Origin: Anolis carolinensis
Lineage: Eukaryota
Length of the DNA: 64,000 nucleotides
Assembly (NCBI RefSeq): GCF_035594765.1
Contig: NC_085841.1
Location: 65,953,574 to 66,017,573 of the forward strand
Direction: 5' to 3'
In this document: positions 40,725 to 49,514 of the stretch, one piece after another
Numbering within the stretch: the stretch's first letter is position 1
Layout: each line of letters begins with the position of its first letter
Position numbers and translations under genes: made by a program
The notes under the pieces: generated by a model
Databases searched by the model: none
Seen by the model: only the letters and a program-made list of their open reading frames with translations
What the model was told of the DNA's origin: nothing

Positions 40725-40735
40725 TAATAATAATT
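40575..40735 (+). mobile_element. R4/Dong-like LINE 3' end inside (TAG)n/(TAA)n repeats
   Basis: ACACTTGGGAA.TGTTCGACTTGTGAT 3'-UTR-like motif ending in (TAA)n; family assignment is from memory. Confidence 0.5.
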
Positions 40736-41550
40736 TATTACCCGCCTCTCTTGATGGCTTGTGTACAACAAATTTTTAAAAATTAACATAAAAATACAAT
40801 AAATCACTATGTTTCATAGATAAAATATATACATACATATGAAAATGTATACCAAACACAGCTACAGCATTGACATATAGTGGCAATAAAATGCAAATCA
40901 AAACTCATGATTGAAAGTTGACTGGGTGGGAAATTTAGACTGATACTTAGGGTTACACCTCCTTCTCAAATTTGAAGTCCACTTTCTGGAATTTTTCTAT
41001 TCCTTTGTTCTCACAGAATGAGCTTAACTTAACTAGAGGAAAAATCCTAGCCTCTTTTTTCTATAAGCCATGTAGTTCTCTTAAATAAAGCTTTTTGTAA
41101 CTTTAGGTACTACTTTTGCTCTTAAATGTGGTATTTCACAGTTCCTCCTCATATGCGCATCTCTGTGATAATAGTAACATATACTAGAAATTTGGTGAAG
41201 CCTTCTTAGCTTCACTCCCACCCCGAACATCTATCCTCTAGATTACCCCACTTCCATATGTCCCTGCCCGCAGTGGAGTACCCCTATGTCCCTCTCACTC
41301 CAGGTTTTATCTTTGTGTTCACGTGGCCTGCCCTTGTTTTACTGTTTTTTGATTTCTTGATGTAATGCCTATTATCATTTATTGTATTTTTAATGGTGCT
41401 ATGTTATGTTGTTTTATATTTTGTTATATTGTATTGCTCTGGGCATGGCCCCATGTTAGCCGCCCCGAGTCCCCGTTGGGGAGATGGTGGCGGGGTATAA
41501 ATAAAGTTTTGTTATTATTATTATTATTAGCTGTGATTTTGTGTAATATC

Positions 41551-42186
41551 CAGGTTGAGCATCTTTTATCCAGAAATTCAAAATACTCCAAAAACCAGGA
41601 TTGTCCACATGGATGGATGAGATAGTTATATCTTTGCTTTCTGACGGTTTGATGTACACAAACTTTGATGTACAACATTAGTTAAAATATTGTATATAAT
41701 TAGCTTCAGACTATGTGTATAAGATGCATCTCTAAGACAATATGCATATACAGTCTATCCCCGCGTTACAAACATCTGACTTACAAATGACTCATAGTTA
41801 AAAATGGGAGTGAGACAACAGGAAGTGAGAGAAATCTACCTATAGGAAGGGAAATTCACTCCTGAAAGAATGATCATGGGGAAAAGGTGTCTCCACTGAA
41901 ATTTTATTAACAATCCATTTCCACAACAAGCCAAATTTTTCAAAATCCAGATATCACAGGGACAGAAAGTGAGGGGAAATCTTCTGAACAGGGAACTTTG
42001 GCTGGAGTTACACTTAAAAATATACTTGTTCTGACTTACATACAAATTCAACTTAAGAACAAACCTACTGAACCTATCTTGTTCATAACCTGGGGGCTGC
42101 CTGTATAGGTATCCTAAAATCTATAAAAATCTAAAATCCAAATGACTTCTGGTCCCAAATATTTTTGTTAAGGATTACTCAACCTG
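41551..42186. mobile_element. Tc1/pogo(Tigger)-like MITE containing a nested second MITE (41751-42103)
   Basis: CAGGTTGAG...CTCAACCTG outer TIRs; the inner element is TA|CAG...CTG|TA. Confidence 0.65.
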
Positions 42187-42611
42187 TACTATGGACAAAG
42201 TAAACACCCTGATGTTTACTGATTTTTAGAAGGAAATATATGGGACTGAACTTTTGAGCCTTTGAATGTTTTATGCACCTTCTCAGTTGAGTCACTTTGC
42301 TAGTAGAGGCTCAAATGTCCTCAATGTGGAATCGGTTTTGATTTAAATTATGGTTCATATTCTGATATATTTATGATTCTGTTATTTATTTATTTATTAT
42401 ATTTGATCAGAACCAGGGATTATCAATTCAATAAGTTCAATGTGACTAAAAATAAAATATGAATTGAAAAAGACTTACAATATTACATTACTTCCCATGC
42501 ATTTCTTTTAGAATAATGTCTAAATAATCATTCTCAGATAGTCTTTCTATCTTGAATTTAGGCAATAAGATGTAGTGAAGGTAAATTTGAACATGGAATA
42601 CAGCTTCTTAC

Positions 42612-42763
42612 CATAATCTTCCTCCGAAAGAACTGTAGTTAAAGTCAAAGTTACCACAAGATGAGAACGAGAGGAGTGAGCATGTACTAGTGTTGGATGC
42701 TTGACTCTCAGTTGAAGTCCCTTATTAACTAGTTCTAGGAACTGCTCAGCATCTTCAACAGGT
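42612..42763 (-). CDS. KIF25: KIF25 exon with switch I (HPTLVHAHSSRSH), 152 bp
   Basis: SSRSH switch I in the KIF25-type HxxSSRSH variant; AG/GT flanks; phase 2-1. Confidence 0.9.
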
Positions 42764-44539
42764 CTACAAAAAAAACCAAAAACAAAAACCCATGGTAATG
42801 GATTAAGAAAATTCTGCAATTTAATGTGAGTGCACATTAATGATTTTTCTCTTCAACCTGAAACAACAGTTAAAAATAACCACAAACGCCATGTAGTCCA
42901 AACCCTTGGCAAGCAGGAATAGATAGCTAAAGCACTCCTGAGAGCTGGCCATCCAATACTTGTTTAAAAATGTCCCATGAACGAAAATCCACCAGGTTTA
43001 GAGGAAATATATTCCGATGTTGAATATCTTTTACAGTCAATAATTTCTGGTTAAGGTTTGCATTTTGGAGCCATAGAAACATTCCTCCTTCTCCACCCCC
43101 TACCTCCTCCAATGTAGCTCTCAACATTATTCCCATTTGGAAACCTATGCTCTTCCCAGATGTTGTTGAAATAAAGCTTCTATAATTTCTAATCATTGCT
43201 AGACTAGGAGACCAGAGCATCTGAAATCTAAATCTGGACTGCAAATCACTAGATAGTTGAGTTACCCATATTTCTTTTCAATTTTGGAATGTTTAGAACT
43301 AGAATGTAGACTAGCGGAACCATATTTTCAAGGAAAAACTGCAAGGTGTTCACAGCTTTTGAATCAAACATCATTTTATTCTGACAAAAGGGAAGTGAAG
43401 AGAATATATTGCAGGCTTTTGGGATTTCTGGTATTACCCAGGAATTTCTTAGGTGAGGCAATGAACTACAAAGAACACTGAGCAGATAATACATGGAACT
43501 GAGGCAGGAAACTTTGTAAATTGTAAAAGTGAAGGAAATATAAAAATGTTTTCATATTCACCCTGAAGTAAATTATGGTTACCTGATGGCAACCATAAAC
43601 TTATGTTACACAAGAGGTAAAACGCATTTACAGCTTAGCAGATAATGCCAGATGTCTAATGATTTAATTATAGCAATTGCTTATCCACAGCCTGCCAGTT
43701 GACAAGAAGTAAATTCACAAGTTACTTTTTGGAATAAGAGTCAAGAGGTAAAGTGCAAAATGTCTGCTTCTTTTTAAACATCTTCATCTTATCTCGGTTT
43801 AGTATTATCTTCCTGAATATAATTAGGGTATAGCTAAAGATATAGAAAAACAAAGTTAAAAATCTGATTCTGCTTTTCTCCATCCAAATGAAACATTATT
43901 AATTTATTTATGACATTTCTATCCTGCCTTTCTCAACCCCGAAGGGGACTCAAAGTGGCTTTACACATAGGCAATTATTCGATGCCTTAAAAACAGTGTA
44001 CAGTTCAAATAGACATTAAAAGAAAATTATAAAATACATTAAAACAATTAAAACAATACATTCACAATTAATCACAAAAATTCATTAATACAAAATTGTG
44101 TTTTAGTATGTAAAATCCTGAACTTCCTTTTCTGCTTAGGTGTAGACATCAGAAAGAAAATAAACTGAACCTAGAATAAGTCCTAATTCAAACTGCTATT
44201 CTGAAAACAGAGTTGACTGATTCAACGAGAGCTTTATAAATTCCACTTATTCACTGGGTTCAATCCAATTAGAACTAACATTAGCTGTAAGTCTTTGGTT
44301 GCAATCTTATGGTTCTTGAAACATGTCTCATGGGCCATAAGAAATGAGGGATTCTCACTCCAAGATCTCAGATGAAGCTCTGACTTCTGATGGAAAAATG
44401 TAACATTTAATTTCCCCTCCTGATCTTGTTTAACTAAAGATGTTTTCATGGTGACCTTACCTTCCAACTTCTGAGAGGGCCAAAAATCAGTATTATACAG
44501 CAAAGGGAGGGAAAGGCTGATAGTTCTAAGTCCCAAGAC

Positions 44540-45342
44540 CAGGGGTCCCCAAACTAAGGCCCGGGGGCCGGACGCGGCCCTCCAAGGTCATTTACTCGGC
44601 CCCCGCCCTCAGTTTTAAACTTAGGCTTGCCAAAAGTCTGAAATGACTTGAAGGCACACAACAACAACAATCCTACTTAACTTGACTATCTCATTGGGCA
44701 GAAGCAGGCCCACACTTCCCATTGAAATCCTGATAGGTTTATATTGGTTAAAATTGTTTTTATTTTTAAATATTGTATTGTTCATTCATTTACTGATATT
44801 GTGCTATAGTTATAATATAATATATTGTGTATACATATAATATTGATAATAATATTATAATGTAATACAATATAATATTTATTTATTACAGTATTTCTAC
44901 CCCGCCCTTCCCACCCAGTAGGGGACTCAGGGTGGCTAATAATAATATTAATACAATGTAATAATATTATATAATATAATAATATTAATTATATTATATA
45001 TTAAATGTAATATTACTAATAATAATATGGTACAGTGGTATAGTATAATATAGTAATATATAATGCTAATATTGTGCTATGCTAATAATATAATAATATT
45101 GTATGTACATACAACTTGTAAGCCGCTCTGAATGCCCTTTGGGGTGAGAGAGAGTGGAGTATAAATTTAGCAAATAAATAAATAAATAAATGATTGTTGT
45201 TGGGGGGTTTTGTACTACAAATAAGACATGTGCAGTGTGCATAGGAATTTGTTCATTTTTTTTTTCCAAATGATAATTCGGCCCCTCAACAATCTCAGGG
45301 ACCATGAACCGGCCCTCCACTTTAAAAGTTTGAGGACCCCTG
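44540..45342. mobile_element. Non-autonomous hAT DNA transposon
   Basis: TIRs CAGGGGTCCCCAAACT / AGTTTGAGGACCCCTG; perfect 8-bp TSD CCCAAGAC. Confidence 0.88.
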
Positions 45343-45838
45343 CCCAAGACTAAGAAACATTATATGTGCCTCAGAGTCTATATAGGTCCCCTCCAAACCT
45401 ATTTACTTCCCATTATGTGCAATGGTAGGACTTTTTTGCCATACGCTGGAAACAAAGGAAGAAACAGAAAGCTGTAAGTCAGTTCTGCCAACACATCTGC
45501 CCTCCTGGCAAGAGCCCCAACAAGGCTTTGGACATGGCAGAGGCTATGATGGCATGCTTTAAATGTCCGCTCCTCAGCTCTCCTCCCCACTTCTTGGCTT
45601 TGCAGCCTTGGGAAGTATTTAAGATTCTATGGAAATTAAATTTCACAATTTCTCCATGAACCTCACTTTCCATGGGATGATCAATGCATACAAAATATAA
45701 AAGCAGACTGAGAGGATTAGGTTTGCTGAAGCCTCCAGTCCATTTGGTATATTTTCAAATCAAGGGATTTTTGGCAATAATAAAGAACCACATAAACAAA
45801 GCTCAAATGGTTTGCTTATGTTAGTGGAACCCACAGAC

Positions 45839-46045
45839 AAAAGGACAGGTTGCTTACCTGTAACCATGTTTCTTCGAGTGTACTCTGTGAATTCACACTA
45901 ATGGAGAGGCTGCGCCTGCGCAGGTCCCAACGGAAACTCTTCCCAAGCTGAAGTTTAAATTTTGGCGGTAGCCACGCCCCTCCGTCCCCGGAGGGCATAT
46001 AAGGCAGCCCTCGGCGTCTCCTCCCCAGTTCCTACGCCGCAAAGG
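45839..46045 (-). repeat. DIRS right (3') inverted terminal repeat with an extension of about 30 bp
   Basis: Inverted copy of the left ITR plus the extra terminal sequence AAGGACAGGTTGCTTACCTGTAACCATG. Confidence 0.9.
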
Positions 46046-46093
46046 CAACGAGAAAGGAAGAGGGTTTGCCAGAGGGGAAGGAAGGGCGGGCTT

Positions 46094-46188
46094 GTGTGAA
46101 TTCACAGAGTACACTCGAAGAAACATGGTTACAGGTAAGCAACCTGTCCTTTTTCTTCGTGTACTCTGTGAATGCACACTAATGGAGA
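46094..46188. repeat. DIRS internal complementary region (ICR)
   Basis: 46094-46150 is the reverse complement of the right terminus and 46150-46188 is the reverse complement of the left terminus, joined across a T5 run. Confidence 0.92.
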
Positions 46189-46535
46189 CTAGCAAGCTTA
46201 GGTCTCGGAGGCGGGCTAAGCAAACCCTGACAACGAGAAACTGTCCAAACATATGTTTATTAAACATGAAAACATCAAAAAGCATGGTCCAAGGACCCAT
46301 TAAGGTATTGCATCAACACACGCCAAACACCGAGAGCAGTCCGGTAAGGCATGATATAACCCTTTAAGAGCACATGTGAAAAAAACAGGAAAAACATCAT
46401 TCCCCTAAGGGGGAAGGCAGTAGCAATAAGGCACGGATCGTCAGGAGAGCAGTGCAAACATGTACCAAACAGGAAAAAACAACAAGAGGGTCGCATGAGA
46501 AAAAACACCCACAGAGAAGTCATAAATGCAGAAGA

Positions 46536-49514
46536 TTAGGACAAGCATGAGGATAAAACTGCCCTAGCAAAGGCGGCATCCTTCAAAGTTTTTTGGTCTA
46601 ACCTATAGTGAGACACAAATGTAAGGGGGTTGGACCAGATCGCTGCCTTGCAGATGGAGTCCAGGGAAATGCCCCTTAGGAAGGCAGTCGACGTGGAGAG
46701 ACCTCTCGTCGAACGCGGGCGAACCGACGGGGGAGGAGGTCGTTTGGCTAGTTCATAGGCCAGTTCAATGGCCTGAGCAATCCAGTGGGACAGTCTTTGA
46801 GAAGAAATAGGATTGCCCAGTTTATCTGGGGCATGGGCCACAAAAAGTTTTGGGGTCTTTCGAATGTCCTTAGTACGGTCCCGGTAGAACAGAAGTGCTC
46901 TACGCACATCAAGGAGGTGCAGTCTCCGCTCAAGGGGAGACGAGGGGTCTGGGAAGAAGGCGGGAAGGACAATGTCCTGGTTAAGGTGAAAAGCCGAGAC
47001 CACCTTGGGAAGGAAGGTGATGTCCGGACGGAGAACGGCGCGGTCGTGATGAAAGCGGAGGTAGGGTTCATCGACCCGAAGGGCCGCCAGCTCCGAGGGT
47101 CTGCGCGCTGAGGTTATGGCCACCAAGAAGGCAACTTTCCAAGAAAGGAGACGTAGGTCGGTCGAAGCCAGCGGTTCAAAGGGAGAGGCAGTAAGCTGGG
47201 AAAGTACAAGCTCGAGGTTCCACCCTGGAGTAGGAGGTTGAGCCGGTGGGCAGATGTTGTTGTACCCTTTCAAGAAGGTCTTGACAAGGTGGTCGGAGAA
47301 CAGAGATGGTCTACCATGTTGTTGAAAACACCAGGATAGAGCGGCCAGGTAAGATTTCATAGAAGCAAGAGAAAGTTTTTGGTCTGCCAGAGACATAAGG
47401 AAGTCCAGCACAATCGGTACCGAGGTTGGGAAAACAGTAATTCCTCGGGAGCGAAGAAAGGAGCGAAAGCGAGAGACTTTATAAGTGTAGGCCCTGGTTG
47501 TAGCCGGTTTGTGAGCTGCGCGGAGGACCTCCTGTAGGTTTTGCGGGAGGGAGGTCAGGCGAGAATCCTCCAAGCAGTGAGATGTAGAGAGGGGAGATCC
47601 GGGTGGAGGATCTGGCCGTTCTCCCTGGATAAGAGGTGTGGCAGAAGAGGTAGAGTGAAGAAGGTCGCCTTGGAGAGATGAAGAAGAGCTGGGAACCAAG
47701 ACTGACGAGGCCAGGCTGGAGCTATCAGGATCGCCGACGTAGGTACCGACCGGAGTTTCTGCAGGACCTTCGGTATCAGAGGAAAGGGCGGAAAGAGATA
47801 GATCGGTTCCGCCGACCAGTCCAGAAGGAAGGCGTCTCCCAGGCAGCCTGGAGAGGAGGACGGGGGGAGTCTTGCCCCGTATCGAGGCAGCTGAGCGTTC
47901 TCGGGAGAAGCGAAAAGGTCTAGAGTGGGGAAGCCCCATTTGAGAAAAAGAGAAAGAAGAGTCTCGGGGTCGAGCATCCACTCGTGGGAGGAAGTCGTCA
48001 TCCTGCTGAGGGCGTCTGCCAAGTTGTTCTGGATCCCGGGAAGGTGAATCGCCGAGATTTGGATGTTGCGGGCTATGCACCAATGCCACAGCTGGGAGGA
48101 GAGGAGCATCAGCTTCCTTGAACCCGTGCCGCCCTGTTTGTTGATGTAAAAGACTGCTACCGTGTTGTCTGACTGTATGAGTACAGATCTCTGGGAGATC
48201 AGGCGTGAGAAGGCTCTCAGAGCCTTGAAGATAGCAAGGAGTTCGAGAAAGTTTATGTGATTTGCCTTCTCGGAGGGAGACCAAAGGCCCCGAACAGTGA
48301 GACCCTTCATGTGGGCTCCCCAGCCGAAGTTGGATGAGTCCGTGGTTATGGTAGTGGAGGGAGGAATCGGGTGGAACGGAAGACCCCTGCAAACGTTGGA
48401 GAGGGACTTCCACCAGAGAAGCGACCGACGAGCGTGAGGCGGGACCGAGAGAAACCTCGAGTTGGGGTGGCGGAATGGCTTGAAAGCGTCTATGAACCAC
48501 CTTTGAAGAGGCCGGAGATGAAGCCTGGCGAACGGGGTCGTGAAGACTGTGGAGGCCATGTGGCCGAGCAGTACTTGGATGGATCGAGCCCGAACCCTCC
48601 GGTGGGTCTCGCAGAAGATGATTTGTTGGCGAAGAGCTAGAAACCTGTCGAACGGGAGGGAGACAGTTTGAGCAATTGAGTCGAACAGGGCACCGATGAA
48701 GCAGATTTTGTTCGACGGGGTGAGGTGAGATTTGTCGTGGTTTAATTGAAGACCGAGAGATTCTAGAAGACAGAGGGTGTAGTCGACGTGACGTCGGAGA
48801 AGGGCAGGGTCGGATTCGACCAGAAGCCAGTCGTCTAGATACGGAAAGACTGTGATCCCCTGGAGCCGGAGGTGGGCAGCCACGACAGCGACGACTTTGG
48901 TAAAGACCCTTGGGGCCGTAGCGAGGCCAAAGGGTAAAACGGTGAACTGGTAGGTCTGGTCGAGAACTTTGAAAGAAAGGAAGCGCCTGTGGTTTTCTCG
49001 AATCGCCACGTGGAAATAGGCGTCTCGAAGGTCTATAGACACGAAGTAGTCTCCGCGTTGAAGCATCGGGAGGATGGAGGCGATGGAGACCATCCTGAAC
49101 TTGGTTGGACGTATGAAGACATTGAGCATGCGTAAGTCCAGAATTGGGCGGAGGCCCCCACCCCTCTTCGGGACCGTAAAGTAACTGGAGAAGAAGCTTT
49201 GAGGGTCCTGTACCGATGGAGAAGGCCGAATAGCCCCCTTGGCGAGAAGGGCGTCGACCTCTGCGAGAATTTCTTGAGAAGGGTTGGAGAGAAGGACTTG
49301 ACCCGTGGGCGGGAGTTCTTCGAATTCCAAGGCATAGCCTTCTTGGACAATTTTGAGAACCCAGGCATCTGAAGTAATAGATTTCCACCGGTGAAAGAAG
49401 GGAGCCAGGCGGTCTAGAAAGAGACCATGAGGCTGATTTGGTGAAGGGGAGGGGTGCGGAGGCATGAGAGCTGCATCGGTACCGTAGAAAGAGTCTTTGG
49501 AAAGAGAGATGGCG
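46536..49514 (-). CDS. DIRS tyrosine recombinase frame (YR domain about 46536-47560; the upstream part overlaps pol and is open back to the gag stop)
   Basis: ITSARRPSEL (R), FLPK, RSTR, AIW...TFVSHY (catalytic Y); I read the frame as open from 49514. Confidence 0.88.
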   Translation of the reverse strand, partial: RHLSFQRLFLRYRCSSHASAPLPFTKSASWSLSRPPGSLLSPVEIYYFRCLGSQNCPRRLCLGIRRTPAHGSSPSLQPFSRNSRRGRRPSRQGGYSAFSIGTGPSKLLLQLLYGPEEGWGPPPNSGLTHAQCLHTSNQVQDGLHRLHPPDASTRRLLRVYRPSRRLFPRGDSRKPQALPFFQSSRPDLPVHRFTLWPRYGPKGLYQSRRCRGCPPPAPGDHSLSVSRRLASGRIRPCPSPTSRRLHPLSSRISRSSIKPRQISPHPVEQNLLHRCPVRLNCSNCLPPVRQVSSSSPTNHLLRDPPEGSGSIHPSTARPHGLHSLHDPVRQASSPASSKVVHRRFQAIPPPQLEVSLGPASRSSVASLVEVPLQRLQGSSVPPDSSLHYHNHGLIQLRLGSPHEGSHCSGPLVSLREGKSHKLSRTPCYLQGSESLLTPDLPEICTHTVRQHGSSLLHQQTGRHGFKEADAPLLPAVALVHSPQHPNLGDSPSRDPEQLGRRPQQDDDFLPRVDARPRDSSFSFSQMGLPHSRPFRFSRERSAASIRGKTPPVLLSRLPGRRLPSGLVGGTDLSLSALSSDTEGPAETPVGTYVGDPDSSSLASSVLVPSSSSSLQGDLLHSTSSATPLIQGERPDPPPGSPLSTSHCLEDSRLTSLPQNLQEVLRAAHKPATTRAYTYKVSRFRSFLRSRGITVFPTSVPIVLDFLMSLADQKLSLASMKSYLAALSWCFQQHGRPSLFSDHLVKTFLKGYNNICPPAQPPTPGWNLELVLSQLTASPFEPLASTDLRLLSWKVAFLVAITSARRPSELAALRVDEPYLRFHHDRAVLRPDITFLPKVVSAFHLNQDIVLPAFFPDPSSPLERRLHLLDVRRALLFYRDRTKDIRKTPKLFVAHAPDKLGNPISSQRLSHWIAQAIELAYELAKRPPPPSVRPRSTRGLSTSTAFLRGISLDSICKAAIWSNPLTFVSHYRLDQKTLKDAAFARAVLSSCLS
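47555..49465 (-). CDS. DIRS pol: reverse transcriptase + RNase H + Dam-like N6-adenine methyltransferase-like domain
   Basis: LRPILDLR, IDLRDAYFH, LPFGLATAP, YLDD (RT); TTDSS, HINFLEL, SDN, NNLADALSR (RNase H); DLFAS...DAF...YLFPPF...LIAPAWP...W (MT). Confidence 0.93.
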   Translation of the reverse strand: MPPHPSPSPNQPHGLFLDRLAPFFHRWKSITSDAWVLKIVQEGYALEFEELPPTGQVLLSNPSQEILAEVDALLAKGAIRPSPSVQDPQSFFSSYFTVPKRGGGLRPILDLRMLNVFIRPTKFRMVSIASILPMLQRGDYFVSIDLRDAYFHVAIRENHRRFLSFKVLDQTYQFTVLPFGLATAPRVFTKVVAVVAAHLRLQGITVFPYLDDWLLVESDPALLRRHVDYTLCLLESLGLQLNHDKSHLTPSNKICFIGALFDSIAQTVSLPFDRFLALRQQIIFCETHRRVRARSIQVLLGHMASTVFTTPFARLHLRPLQRWFIDAFKPFRHPNSRFLSVPPHARRSLLWWKSLSNVCRGLPFHPIPPSTTITTDSSNFGWGAHMKGLTVRGLWSPSEKANHINFLELLAIFKALRAFSRLISQRSVLIQSDNTVAVFYINKQGGTGSRKLMLLSSQLWHWCIARNIQISAIHLPGIQNNLADALSRMTTSSHEWMLDPETLLSLFLKWGFPTLDLFASPENAQLPRYGARLPPSSSPGCLGDAFLLDWSAEPIYLFPPFPLIPKVLQKLRSVPTSAILIAPAWPRQSWFPALLHLSKATFFTLPLLPHLLSRENGQILHPDLPSLHLTAWRILA

